Shown here: piece by piece, positions 1 through 14,900 of the stretch | How the letters are laid out: the number at the start of each line of letters is the position of its first letter | Position numbering within the stretch: position 1 is the stretch's first letter | Source of the DNA: Rhizophagus irregularis | Lineage: Eukaryota | DNA: 64,000 nt | Direction of reading: 5' to 3' | NCBI RefSeq assembly: GCF_026210795.1 | Contig: NC_089430.1 | Coordinates: 3,782,001-3,846,000, forward strand | Program-made: the position numbers and the translations under genes | Notes under the pieces: generated by a model | Told to the model about the DNA's origin: nothing | The model's input: the letters and a program-made list of their open reading frames with translations, nothing else | Databases searched by the model: none

Positions 1-2511
1 CGCTTTTCAATTGGGAAGGCAACAAATTGACATCCCCGAGATTGAAGATGAAGATCTTAAGGAGATATTGAGTAATTCACACCTATCTAAACACTTCATT
101 GCTCTTGCAAAAGAGTTAGATGTTCTCGAACCAAAGACACCAGAAGATATTTATAAGAGCCATCTAGAAAATATTCGTTAGTAGCCTGTTTTACTTGTTA
201 TTTTATATTTTAATATTAAAATAACATTTATTTCATATAATTAAAGGACCAGGATTTACGAGCGGAAGTGTTGATTCAGCACGACAAAATTTAGCATCCA
301 CTTTTGTAAATGCTTTTGTTAATGCTGGATTTGCTAAAGATAAATTAATCTCAATAGAGGATGGTACAACGTGGATTTATAAAAATAAAGACCATGGTAA
401 GGAATTATTTATATATTATTAGCATAATAAAATTTATATATACTTATATAAAATTATTTAAATTATTTTAATTTGTAGGAATGTTGAGCGCAGCTGCTTC
501 TATCGGTATGATTATGTTATGGGATGTTGATCTCGGATTGTCGCATGTTGATAAATATTTATACTCTAGTGAAGATCATATTCAAGTAAGTTCTTACATT
601 AATAAACACCGAAAGAAAGTAACGTTTAATGTCAATAATTGATCTACAGATGTTTTCATTTTCGTTTAGGCCGGTGCTCTTCTTGCCATCGGGCTTATAA
701 ATACTGGAGTTCGTAATGAGAATGATCCAGCTTTTGCTTTACTTTCAGAACACATTGAAAAACCAAAAGCAATGATGCGAATTAGCGCTATAGTTGGGTA
801 AGATAAATATGCAAAATACGATTTTTTTATTATTGTGTAAGGAAAGTCTTATTGATTATTGCGATTTTACCTGTTAGACTTGGTATGGCGTATTCTGGGT
901 CCCACAGAGAAGATGTTCAAGAATTATTATCTCCGTTCATTAGTGATACTACATTAAATATGGAAATTGCTTCACTTGCAGCTCTATCGTTGGGGTTGGT
1001 ATTTGTAGGATCTTGCCATGGAGATATTACAAGTACAATATTACAAACAATGATGGAACGTGACGAATCTCAATTAAAAGAAACTTGGGGAAGGTTTATG
1101 GGTCTCGGATTAGCTTTATTATATCTTGGTAAGCTTTGTTTTTTTTGTTATTATTTTATAATATCGTCCATTTTAAATGGAGAGAAAACATCAACTTACA
1201 AGTAATTTTAAAATAAATAGGAAAGCAAGATGCTGCTGAAGCAACTCTTGAAACTTTGAAAGCTATTGAGCACCCTATTGGTAAACAGGTCAGAATATTG
1301 GTAGAAATTTGTTCTTATGCAGGTAAATTAATTAACAAAACTTTGAATGGCTTAATTAGATAAATACTAATCCATATATATATATTATTAAGGAACTGGA
1401 AATGTACTTAAAATCCAGGATATGTTACACGCGTGCAATGACCATTTAGATAAAGAGAAAGAGGATGATTTGCATCAGGCTTTTGCTGTATTAGGTGTAG
1501 CTCTGATAGCTATAGGTGAAGATATTGGTGCTGAAATGGCATTAAGGACATTCAATCATTTGGTAAGATTTTTTTTTTTTTTAAGTATTTACTTAATATA
1601 TATATCTTTCATTAGAATAATTCAAGAATATTATATTTTTAAATAATTTCACTTATCACACAGATGCATTATGGTGAACCAGTGATTCGTCGTGCAGTTC
1701 CTCTTGCATTAGGATTGCTGTGTGCCTCTAATCCACTTCTTAATGTCCTTGAAACGTTAAGTAAATATTCTCATGATAATGATGCGGATGTTGCTATTAA
1801 TGCTATTTTTGCTATGGGCCTTGTTGGTGCAGGAACAAATAATGCACGATTGGCACAAATGTTGAGACAACTTGCATCATATTATCATAAAGAACCAAAT
1901 TGCTTATTTATGGTTCGAATTTCACAGGTATAAATTTTATTGTTACTTATTTTGCCAGTATATTAATATTCTATTGACGAGTTATATATTCTAGGGGTTA
2001 TTACATATGGGTAAAGGGACAATATCAATTAATCCATATCATTCTGATCGTCAATTAATGTCGCCTGTTGCTATAGCCGGCCTTTTAGCAACCTTAGTTG
2101 CTTTTACTGACACTAAGACATTTATACTGGGTAGAAACCATTGGTTCTTATATTACTTGGTTACAGCGATGTATCCAAGATTCTTGATTACTCTTGATGA
2201 AGATTTGAATAGTTTGCCAGTTACTGTTCGTGTAGGACAAGCTGTTGATGTAGTAGGACAAGCAGGAAGACCAAAGACTATTACTGGGTTTCAAACACAT
2301 TCAACACCTGTATTGCTGGCACATTCAGAACGTGCTGAATTGGCTACAGAAGAATGTATCCTTTTTTGTAAAAAATGTTTTTATTATAATTAATAATGTA
2401 TTACTTTAACCTTTTTTTTTTAACGAAATAGATATATCATTATCTCACGTTCTTGAAGGATTTGTCTTGTTACGTAAGAATCCTGACTTTATGGAAGAAG
2501 ATAAAGAATAA
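1..2511 (+). CDS. RPN1: 26S proteasome regulatory subunit Rpn1/PSMD2, multi-exon, 5' part outside window
   Basis: Exon peptides [36 protein letters not shown] and [31 protein letters not shown] are Rpn1 hallmarks. GT-AG introns; last exon ends ...[15 protein letters not shown] at 2509-2511. Confidence 0.96.
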
Positions 2512-3472
2512 TAATGATTTAGCACTACGAAATATTTTATTATGTTATTAATGATATAATGTCATTGATAATTTATATTTGGTAATTGAATGATTTATAA
2601 ATATTTATGAGATTAGAGAAGTGAATTGTAAAGATGACCAATTATATAATTGTGAAAAACTCTTTGTCTAGTTATGAAATAGATAAAATTGTTTATTGAA
2701 ATTAATTTTATATATCAACTTATTTTTGTTAGAAATGAAATTTTTTTACAGAAAAAACTGTAAATAATTATTAGTTAACATGCATGATCGTGAATTTTAT
2801 ATTATTTAGATTAAAATTCCTATCTTTATCATCTGAAAACATCATAGCGGCTATTTATCTTTTCATCTTCGGAAAATCATACCTACAGTTCTCGAAAAAA
2901 GTAATCGGAATTACAAAATGTGTAAAAATAGAAACCCAGTGATTAGACTTTCTTCAAATTTTGTAAGATTGTTGTCAAATATGTTATACATTATATATAT
3001 TAAATTTCAGCCCTCTATTGTCTTTTGATCGATTTTTTTTAATTTGAAAAAAAAGCGATCAAAATTTAAGCTGTAAATATAAATAATTTTTAATTAAAAT
3101 TGAATAATCATAAATTTAAGTTTATTCTATGTTAGTTTTATTAAAAAAAATTGGTTGCCGAGAAAAATCAAATTCTTCAAATTCTTTAGTTAAAAGAATT
3201 AAAATTCATATATAAAATGCAAAAATTATAAAAATTATAAAAGATTTTTATAAATATATTTAATATTAGATTTATAATTTTCAATATAACAATATATACA
3301 AAAAATTCATCAAATCTAATGCACTTAAAAATTTTATTTATTATGAATATGTCAATGTCCGAGTAACAATATTGAAATTTAAAACGAATTTCTGACCCTA
3401 ATTTATCATGTGCTTAAATAAAATTGGTCATCCATGTAGATCATTAAACTTTAATCGCGTGTCTACCCAAGA

Positions 3473-5602
3473 ATGTCAGAAATAAATGGATCAGTTCAAA
3501 AGTCGCGTAAACGTTTTATTGGGAAAGCAGCTGCAAAGAAAAAGCAGGAAGAAGCTCAACAAGTGGCAAATGTTGAGGATAGCAAATCTATTATTGCTAT
3601 AGGTACTATAAGAATATATATTTTTTCTTATGTTCTATCCTTATTATTAATATAAACGTTTATTTTGGTATCTAGAGGATTCGCCAGTAAAACTTAAATC
3701 TTCGAGTCGAATAGTAAATCAAATTCCTTTTGAAATATTAAATGATTCTTTATTAAATAAAGCGATTGAACAGGTTAAAACTTAATCGCTTCGTGTCTGA
3801 AATTTTTATAATGTGTTTATAATTAAATGTTTTGGAACAAATCATTTTAGCTTCCATCAAATTATAATTTTGAAATCCACAAAACAGTATGGCATATTAA
3901 ACGTTCTGAGGCTACCAAAGGTTTGATAAATTAAAATTCTTATTATTGGAGTATTAGTTATTAATCTTATAATTTTTATTACATTTATGGGATTAGTTGC
4001 ATTACAATTTCCGGAAGGCCTTTTGATGTTTGCATGCATTATTGCAGACATATTAGAAAGTTTTTGTAATATTGAAATAATTATAATGGGAGACGTAACA
4101 TATGGAGCTTGTTGTATAGATGATTATACTGCTAAAGCTTTAGAATGTGATTTTATGGTACATTATGGACATAGTTGTTTAGGTTAATAATTTTTATCTA
4201 AGTGATGAAGTTCTTTTTTATAAATTTAGCTAATTAAGATGTTAAAATTATCAGTTCCCGTAAACATTACAACCATAAAGACACTATATGTCTTTGTAGA
4301 TATTAGTATTGATACGGATCATTTCATAAATACCATAAAACTAAATTTTGAGAATGGTAAAAAATTGACCATTGTTGGCACTATTCAATTTGTTGCCGCT
4401 ATTCAGGTAAATAAATTTTATAATAGAAAGGTATAAGAGAATAATAATAATTAATTTTTCAAAAAAATTTAAAATAAGGCAGCAAAAAAACCTTTGGAAA
4501 ATGATTATTCTTTATTTGTACCACAAGCAAAACCTTTATCACCTGGAGAAATATTGGGTTGTACATCACCAAAATTAGGCGAACAAGATGCTATAATGTA
4601 AGTAATCATCCAATAAACTTGTATAATATACTTATCTAATTGACCTTCTCTTTGGGATAATTGCTTTTAGTTATCTTGGTGACGGCAGATTCCATTTAGA
4701 ATCCATAATGATTGCTAACCCAGATATACCCGCGTTTCGGTAATGATCCTATCAAAAATATATATCGTGATCGTACTGTAATGAAATAACATTGTGAACA
4801 GTCAGAAAATGTCAATTTATCATCCAGCTCGATTATAATATGATAGTGACTTTTAACTTACTTGTACTTAATCTACTTTAGCTATGATCCGTATTCCAAG
4901 AAATTTACACGAGAACGTTATGATCACGCGGAAATGCATTCCTTAAGAAAACACGCAATTGATTTGGCCAAAAAAGCCAAAAAATTTGGGCTAATCCTAG
5001 GAACTTTGGGCAGGCAAGGAAGTCCAAAAGTATTAGAGGTATTTATAGAATGTAACTAAGATATGTTATTAAAGATGAAATTTTTTTATATTTTCATGAT
5101 TGGGAAATTACAGTACCTTGAAGAGAAAATGAAATCTCGTGGCCTAGATTATATTTGCATATTGCTATCTGAGATATTTCCTGATAAATTGGAACAATTT
5201 CAAGATATTGATGCGTAAGCTTTTTAAATTTTTTAAAATACCTTATTCCTCAATACCCGAAAATTAAGTACTCCTGGCCAGAATTGTAAAGATTTGGTCT
5301 AAAATATCTTTGTTGTGGCGTGCGAAGAGGAAATGCTTAATTTGGAGAAATACAGTATTTAATATTTCTCAATAATTTTGATTTCTTTATTCTACACAAT
5401 TTATAGATGGATTCAAATTGCATGTCCACGCTTGTCGATAGATTGGGGTTATGCGTTTCCAAAGCCATTATTAACGCCATATGAAGCATCAGTTGTATTA
5501 GATGCAATTGATTGGCAATCCGTCTATCCAATGGATTTTTATGCTAATGATAGTTTAGGACCCTGGACGCCTAATCATGGGAAAGGGAAAATTAAACGAT
5601 AA
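3473..5602 (+). CDS. DPH1: Diphthamide biosynthesis protein Dph1, multi-exon
   Basis: [76 protein letters not shown] and YPMDFYA motifs across exons. Confidence 0.95.
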
Positions 5603-5687
5603 CAACTGGAAAATATAACATTTTCATATATATATATTTATTTACTGATGATATACGTTTTTTTTTATTAAATAATAAATATTTTGT

Positions 5688-7841
5688 TCACCAGAAATTA
5701 AACCCTAACCCCAATTGTAGACCCTTTTTTAACTTATCAGTATTTGTTGCTATTAATGGCAAACAGAAATTTACTTCCAATCTTAGAATGCTACTTCTGT
5801 ACACAACTCCCACGCCTGCTGATACACTAGGCATTTTTGCAAGATTATTGAGGCTAACAGCAAGTCGTTGAGCTAAAATGGCCGACGATAATTGAATCCT
5901 CATATTTACAATGAAAGAAAGCATGAAATAAATTATAAAATACTTACATGGATTTATTTGCATCAAACTTCCTCCGTTTACGAAAAAATGTCCTTTTACT
6001 GGATGTCTGCTCAACTTAGGCAATGGAGTGAAAAGACTTACGCCTGCCGCAACGTAAGCATCACCTCCAAGTGAATCCTCTAAATTCCATGATAAAAATT
6101 ATAACAGTAATAGAATCAAGTAAAAAACTCGAGTTATAAAATTTTTACGTACTTTTATCTTCCCTTGGACCCATTCCATTCAGTTTAAATCCTCTCACTG
6201 ATTGCGCACCACCAAGGAAAAATCTATCGCTAATTTTTGATTGCTGAGTTTTAAATGGGAATAATAATCCATTCCTTAGTGACGCGCTAAAGATCTATTA
6301 ACACAATTTTGAAAATTAATTAATTCAATAATTTAAAATAATATAAAAATTAAACATATCAATGAACTTACAAAACCTTTACCGAGAGGAAAGTTAATTT
6401 GGCTCTCAAATTCATTCTTAACAAAGAAAACGTCTCCATTAAATCCTGCGAGTTCCTATATAATTTTTAGTTATATTTTAGTTTCATATATTTTGCGAAT
6501 AAATGAACAAAATATTTTATAAAACCTGAAATAATTTAATGTAATAACCGCGCGAAGGCAACATTATATCGTCACGCATATCCCGCACTAAAGTATGTGC
6601 CACAGACGATTTTAAAGAATGTCCTGCCGATTCCCGTATACTACATTCATAAATATATTTGATTAACAATATTAAGAGAAAATGTATAAGGAAATTTCTT
6701 TAAAACATGATTTGCCTTAATGTTGCATCTTTAGCAATATTGCAAATTTGCCTCCATGACGTTCCATAAGTTAATTCGTGAAATCCTAATTTAGAAAGAA
6801 CCTATTAACAAAAAAAAAATTATTTAAAATTATTTAAATTTAATCCCAGAATGATGTTTCTTATGGTAACGTACTCTCCATCTTAATGCAATTCCATGTA
6901 ATATTTCATCATGGGAACTAAAGCTTTGATTATTTTTTGTTAGTCTATATGCCGAAATGTCAACCTTGGAATCTGGATTCCCATTAATTGGTTTTGCTAA
7001 ACAAAACTAGAGAATATGTAAATTTTTATAATTGAATTATATTAATCCTGACAAAAGTACATACCTCAAATACGTATGAAGTCTGTGTTCCAGCTGACAT
7101 ATAGGTTTCCAATGTTTCTGCGCCACCAAAAACATTTCGAATATTTAAGGAAATATTCTAATGAAATCAAAATAAACAATAAATTATATAATGCATTTGT
7201 TCTTCTTACGTCAATACTTAAGGATAACATACCGCGCTTCCCGCGTCATTGCCAATTTCAGTCCCGGTCTTTATCCAAAATCTACTTTTTTCTTCTGTAG
7301 ATAGGATGACATCGATAGCTCCAGGCTGTGCAAGTGGGTCACTACTTTTATCAAGAAATACATCGATATGCTTAAAAATGTCAAGACGATTTAATTTGTC
7401 TGCAGCTAAGTGAACTTCATCGATGATCGAACCCAATGTGCGAGCTTGTAACGCAGAGTAAACCACCGACTCAAATAGAGATTGACGCGTCTTTTGTGTA
7501 CCATGAATTCGAAAAGAATGAACGTAAAATGGACAGTCTTTTGTATCAAAAACCTAAAAAAATAAATTGATATAAAAAAATGAGATGATGAATGTATAGA
7601 GCGTATATAAGCATATTATGCGCCCGGAATGATACCAAATTATTCAATTTTATTGCTGCTTCTTCATACTCCTTATATTTCTTAGCCTTAGCTTCAAGAT
7701 TGGTATTCATGAATTCTTCGGCTTTTTCATCACTTTCGTGAGCCCTGAGCGGAAACTGCAAATAAATGTAATTTGTAAAAATATTAATTTAATCAAAAAT
7801 CTTCAAAATTTTTTATAAGCTTTCACCTCATCATTATCCAT
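5688..7841 (-). CDS. SAM50: Mitochondrial SAM complex beta-barrel subunit Sam50 (Omp85 family), multi-exon
   Basis: POTRA-like N-terminal region, RNVFGGAET, GHSLKSS, DRFFLGGAISERGF, RLEVNFCLPL and C-terminal beta-signal LQLGLGFNFW. The ATG at 7841 opens a probable 15-nt first exon. Confidence 0.92.
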
Positions 7842-7930
7842 TTTAACAAGAAGATAACTACTGATGCAAAATTATTATATCTACAAAAAATTTCTGTTGA
7901 AACATGTGACTGTTATGTAGTATTCCTGTA

Positions 7931-10900
7931 GAGCATCCTTATCCTGGACCTCGAATTTGATTGGGCAAAAATTGTTATATTTTTGTAGAATTTTATATAC
8001 AAAATACAGACAGAATAAAATTAAATTTTCAACTAAAAAATGCATAATTTTTTATAATGTATTTATTTCGTGCAAGAATTACATTTTACTATTAAAAAAT
8101 TTTTTATTGACAGATTATTTACATCAAAATAATTACTATACAATTGCAGTTTCTGCATAGTGCATAAAACAAAATTCCGCGCGATCAGTTTCTAATATTT
8201 TATCTAAAAACAAACAAATATGTAACGATAAATTGAGAAAATTTTTATAATCATAAAGATAAATAATAATAAATAAATGTTATTTTTATACCTTTATTCT
8301 GTAATATTTTCAAATAATCAAGCAACTTTTTTGGTAAAGGATTAGGCAAAGATTGATTGCAAAAAAGACAAAATAATTCATTATCTAGTAATGTATAGTT
8401 AATCTTTAATACCTTTTTGATATTTAAATTTGAAAAATAATAAATAGTGATAAGACTATACCTTTTTTTTGCTTAAACCATTGTCTATTTCCACTATTTC
8501 CATATCCATTAATTCCGTCACTGATATTTGTGGTAAATTCTGAAATACCCTATGCATTGAACTAGATGCGTTAATATTATCATTTTTTTTATCATCATAT
8601 TTGGGAATATTTTCTTTTTCTTGTAATGACAATCCACTGCTATTATTGGATCTTGTTTTCCGTTTTTTATTTGATAAGTCATTCATTACTTTACTTTTTT
8701 TTCTAATTTAACGTAGTAAAACTAGTATTAATAATATAATCACATTAATAAAAATTAATTTAAAAAAAACAATTACAAATACCTCTTTTTTTTGAATTAT
8801 TAGTAGCAGTCTGGGGATTTCTAATTAAATTTTTTGTTGTACTTTTACAAGTTTTTTGATTATTTGCACTTTTTATTCTATTTTGTAATAACGTATTGTT
8901 TGTAGTATAAAATTCCTGTGCCATTTCCGGGTACTTTTTTACCAATCCTTTTATTTCATGAAAGACTTTTGATAACAAATATTCATAATCTTCAACACGT
9001 TCAATAATTTTGTCATTTGGAGATTGAATATTATTACAAAATAAATGAAAATTTTGCGTTAAAACAAGATTACTTGGATCTTTTCTCTATTGATTATGAA
9101 ATAATGATTCTGGAAGATTATTTAAATTAAGTTGTGTTGCTACACAAAAAATATGTCGGCAGATAATTCCTGAGAAGGTAGTGTATTTACAAGAACATAC
9201 AAAATGATTTGTTTCACCATTATGTACCACTTTTCTTCCAGGTTTGGTTTCATGATTAAAACGGTAAATTTGATAAGTTTGCATCGTTTCAGTTCTATTT
9301 TTTTTAAAAAAAATCATGCATTTTATAGTATTAGTACATTGTTACAATAAAAAAAGATATTTATAATATATAACATACCTTGAATCTAATAGTTCAATAC
9401 ATAAATAACTCGTAGATTGTAATAACTGTTCTTGCGTTAATTTTAATGCATAATTCGTTAATATTTCTGAGGCCTGATATTCAAGTGGACTTAATGTTTT
9501 AAAAGTGACATTTTCATGAATTTGCTTGTATTTAGCTAATTGTAAATCATTTTCACGCTGCTCTAATGCTGATTCAAATGCTTTTAAAAAATCCAATAAT
9601 GAATGGGAAGCATCCATATAACCTTTCATTAAATTATTCATAGATTCACCACGCTGTGTACTTGTCATATCTGCTAAAAATGTATCTCTTATAAAGCAAG
9701 GCGCCCATTTCTCTTTTATTTTATCCATTCTTTCTAAATGTGATTTTGAATCTGGAAAATTTTCTTTAAGTTGCTGCCACTTAATTATAAAATTATCAAC
9801 TTCATATTCTCTTATGCAATCGTAAAATGATTTAGTGAACTCCCGCCATTTTGTTCCTAGAACATTAGCAATATTTTTGATGACATTTTTCCAAAGATGC
9901 CATATACATAAAACATGTTTAGTATTTTGTCCAAATGTGATCTCTATCGCCTGAGAAATTGCTTTGTCTTCGTCAGTAAGCATCACTTTAGGTGAATAAT
10001 TATTAACAAACTTAAGAAAAGTATTAAATACCCATACAAAACTATCTATTGTTTCTCGACACATTAAAGTTCCAGCAAAGCATAAACTTTGACCAAAATT
10101 ATTTATTCCAGTAAAAATCCCAAATGGCATATTAAACCTATTAACTTTATATGTGTTATCAAAAACAATAACATCTAAAAATCTGCTATAATATTGCTTT
10201 TGATCAGGATACATCCAAATTACTTGAAGTAATTCATTTGTATCAACATCAACTCTAACTTCGTATTCAAATCCATCAATTTCTCTTTTAAGTTGTTTTA
10301 AGATATTTATAAATTCTTCTGCTTCAAAAAAGCGTTGTTCTTGTTTACCATTTAACTGATATATGAAATTATAAATATCATTATAGATCCATGTTTCTAA
10401 GTCTTTATATTCTTGCTTAAGAATTGAACGAATAGTTGGTACATTACAGCCTGCTTGATGATAAACTATAATTCGATCTTTAATTTCTTGAGGAATTATT
10501 CTTTCACTACTAAGAAACATTTTGTGTTCAGGAGCAACCATTTCATGATTATGTTCCAAATTCATGGCTAAAATGTGCCAAAGTCCACTATTATTATCAA
10601 GTGAAGCTCTGATAAAAAATGGACAATTACATCTTTGAGATTTACGATCTCTTGAGTTGACTTTATCCTCTTTACTTTCAGAAACACCTGCGCGTGAACA
10701 TAAGATTGTTCTTCTTATAATATTTTTTTCTTTATCACGACCTACTTTACTCAACCGTACAATATGACGCGTAATTTTGAACTCTTGCTACAAATTCTTC
10801 ATGATTTTTAAATATATCCGAAATTTTTAATTCAGAAGATTGTTGTGGTTCAGGTTCGGAAGTATTCATAGTTACTAAAAAAAATATTAAAGAACGAGTT

Positions 10901-11154
10901 CACACAATTAATTTTTACTCTTTATATTTATATTTTCATATGTTTAAATAGTTGTAGTTATAATACTTACAATATTTTTATAAGTAAAAGATGTGTGGTA
11001 AAAAACTTTTAATATGTATTATTGTGTGTATATAAACTCGTGTGGCTAAGTAAAAAAAAATTGTTTTTATTGATTTTATTGATTGAAATTAGCCAATCAA
11101 ATTTGACTGGCCCAGGATAAGCATTTGGACCGGTGGATCAGGTTAAGGATGGCC
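7931..11154 (-). mobile_element. Mutator-like (MULE) DNA transposon, full length
   Basis: Perfect 9-bp TSD ATTCCTGTA at 7922-7930 and 11155-11163. Imperfect TIR GAGCATCCTTATCCTG vs GGCCATCCTTAACCTG (reverse complement of right end). Encodes a MULE transposase. Confidence 0.93.
8456..10869 (-). pseudogene. FAR1/MULE/SWIM transposase, disabled
   Basis: FAR1-like CxRxG...RCNCPF...HNH, FDNTYKVNRFNMPF, LTDEDKAI, CIWH, STQRGESMN, and SWIM CSCKYTTFSGIICRH. Frameshift near 10765 and a TAG at 9087-9089 where Trp is expected. 3' end approximate. Confidence 0.85.
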
Positions 11155-11918
11155 ATTCCTGTATCACTATCATTTCCACGTGTTATTTGGCTTTCGCAGA
11201 AATCAGATGATCTGCTGCGTTGAATGTAGGCAATGTATATAAAATATTTTAATGACTTTAAAATTAGAATTACAAATGTGATGCCATGTTTACATAAGAT
11301 TTAACACAGTCATGACTTTGAACTGAATCGGTTCAGATTCAAACCTTGATTAGATTCACTCCAAAGTCCGCAACTTCGGTTTGACTTGTACTAGTCAGTA
11401 AATATCATAATTTATATAAAAATGCGATAAAAAATTGCAAACTATGTGGAAAATCATTATATCAAGAAAAGGATTTGTACAATTAGTTTGCAAAATTAAT
11501 GAACAAAGTAAACATAAATAATGCAAGCCAGAATTTTATTATTTTTAGACATTATTGTAAATTCTGGCTTAAGCAAAAAACAGCTGATCTCTTTAATGAT
11601 CTCATATATTAGACATATTACATACGCTCTCTTTTTCGGATAAAATTATTAAAATTAGTATCAAACTTGATAATATACATTATATTTGTTACCTGCATGT
11701 TATGATCTTTTTATAAAACGATCAAAACGATCGGTGAAAAATATACAACATATTTCTTATAATAAAATTGTAAAATTTAAACTTAGCCGATACTTTTTAA
11801 AAATCTATTTTTCTGCGGAATTTAAAACATTGCTATCGCTTTCATTAAAGCCAACGCTCATATTAATGCAACATTACAATTAACAAAGTGAAATAAAATA
11901 TTAAATGTATGTATTATA

Positions 11919-14900
11919 CTATGTTGTTAATTTTCGTCCCGAACGTCGTATCTATAAAAAAACCTAATTAGAGTAAGTTATAAAAAAAATGTAAATAATA
12001 AAAATAGATACCTTTGGCTCAATATCCATTTCATCATATTCTGAACCTTCGTGACCTTGCTCACTTTGATTTACGTTGGAAGATTCAGAATCTTTCATTT
12101 CTATATCGCTTGCTTCAGAAACATCATTAGATTTCTCTGAATCATCATCACTGCTAGTTGATATAACTGCCATTGATTTTATATTAGACTTAGCAGCCCT
12201 TGGAACTGACCTACATAAATAAGAATAAAGAAATTGATCTAATTGAATCTTGTACGTATTAATAATGATAAATAAGTATTTACTTTCGAGTGGAGATAGA
12301 CGGAGTTCCCCGAGTATCTGCATTAATTTTACGTTTCTTTTTAGGAGCTTGACTTGAGGTCTTTCGCCCTTTTCTAATTGTTTTCGGCTATAAAGTATAA
12401 TTTAAAAGTTTATTCATATTCTCGATATAGTAATGAAATAGTTTAAACTCAAATGACCTTATCGCTTTTACTGTGTGTGGAAGCATGTCTCTTCTCTAAT
12501 ATTTTTAAAAACTCACTGGGAATATAACTTTTTTTCATAATCTATAATATGTTCATTAGTTTAGTAAAATAGTTCTCGTAAAAGTAAATTTACTATTAGA
12601 TATGCACAAACCTCCGATATAACCTCAGGGTTCGGTAGGTTTTTAAATAAGTCCTCGGGAAGTTTGACATGTCCAGGAAATGTAGGCAAGCTCCAAGAAC
12701 AAGACTTACACTTAATACGGATAAGGTATTCAGTCAAATCACTCAAAGCGTATAAATTCTAAATGAATCATGATTTAAGAATTATAAGTATCTACGTTAT
12801 ATATTATTACATATTGATGCCTTATTATTCAATACGTTGTGTATATGTATAACCTCGCTTTGATCCAAAGTCTGCGCATCGCGAACTTGTTTCAATCTAC
12901 CAGTTATATATAACAAGAAAGATACGTTCTCGGCATTTGCAATAGTATCTAAGAAGAAGTCTATATACCTGTAAAAATATATAATTTAATCATTCATTTA
13001 TATTAAATTAAACTACATTAACTACATTGAAATTAGAAACAAATAATAATAACTCACGCAACAAATTCATTGAGAATATCTGGTTCACGGGAAAAATCAG
13101 GGTGATGAGAAAGGAGATGAATAAGCCGAACCAAAGACATTTCGAAATGCATTGATTTGTCACCTATATTAGATTAATGTAATAAAAGCTTTGTATATAA
13201 TATAATAAGAGGAATTTAAGGAAAAAAAATGGAGTACTTACGAATTGCCTTTGATGCAAGAGAGTGTCTTATCAGGAAAACTTTGACCTAATACGGCAAA
13301 ATTGTAATATATCCATCGAGTATATGTTATTTGATTTGGATAATTCGGGAGCAACTATTATTTTAAATACTAATATATTACCATTTCGCGAATTGTTTCA
13401 TCCGGGTCATGCGCAATTAAAAAAAATATGGATAAAAATCGCGCGTTAAGATGATATCCACCACAATATTTTATCAGCCGTGAAGCGAACGCAAAACGAA
13501 CATGATAACATGGATCCTAATTAATTATATGAAAAATATTACTAATACTGTATATATCAAAATACTCAAAGGATAATCTAAAAATTGAGAAAGATACTTG
13601 TATCATTAATGCTAGCTCTTGTAATTCTGCGGCAGAAATCATTGAATCATAAATCTTCTTCCTTGCAAGTTTCAATACAGAGTGTACAGCAACTAACCGT
13701 AAACGACTCTGAAATGATGGTCTTATAGAATTAAGAAAATAGCCAATCAAATTGATTATTACCATGAAACATCTTAAACAAATGCTAAGAATCAAACAAG
13801 CCAAATGGTTAATTACCTTGTAGATTTATCAGAAATGAGCTCACCGCCTCCTCTTATTAATGTCCAAAGCAACTTAAAAACAGGCTTTGCTAAATCTTGA
13901 GCACTCTCTGTTTCTGCTATAGCAAGCAAACGGTTCACGAGAACTTTTAAACCCAATACCTATTACAATAATATTGTTTATAAAATCGCGACGATTTTAA
14001 AACGAAATGCTTAAATAGTCAACGAAATATGGATGTTTCAACATAAGCAAATAGATTGTTACATCTAAATACCTTTGCTTTACATTCGTCATCAAGCTCG
14101 TCATCGTCAACCCATTCGGCTTTATCTCCAGGAGTTGCCTATTTAATTTAACAACATATCATTTATTTTATAAATTATAAAGCAAGGATTTCATAAACTT
14201 AATACAAACCTTATTACGATTTTTCATAATTAGTTCTTTGACTATGAAATTCGTAATTGTATCACTTTGTTGCTCATATGTCGTGGGCATATAAAGTGCA
14301 CATTGGCTGAGCACAGAAAGATACGATAAAATATTTGGCGAAGTTACCATAAGATTGGGGATAATTTTCTGAGAATTACGGAAATAAATAATGAAAAAAC
14401 ATAATTGGTGAATATAATAACAAATAAATAATAGTAAAGCATTTGTCAAAAAGAATCTTGTATCTACTTTGAATAAATCACTACATAATTGTTGTTTCTG
14501 TCGAATATGAGTCAGAATTATGGCCGCAAATTTAGCCTGACGTGGAGACCCGTTTAGTGCAAATTGCATATAACGTTGTATAGTTTCACTGCACAAAGTG
14601 AATTTTGTCAGTTGCAAATATCATAATACTTTGATAAAAATGGATAAAAATCAAATGAGAATTAATAACCTATCCTGATATGCTTCATCAGGAAATGCTT
14701 TGGCCAGTTTAGAAAGTGCCTCTAGGCTATCTTCAACTAGAACGAGATGTAATAAAAATTAGTAAAACATTGTATATAATGTTATAAATAAAATTTACCT
14801 ATCATCGAGCTTTCATCTTCTTCCTTAAGAAGAGTAGTTAGCTTTTCAAAATGTGATCGAAATATAGCGGGAAATCGGGAAGATATATCCTATTGATTGA

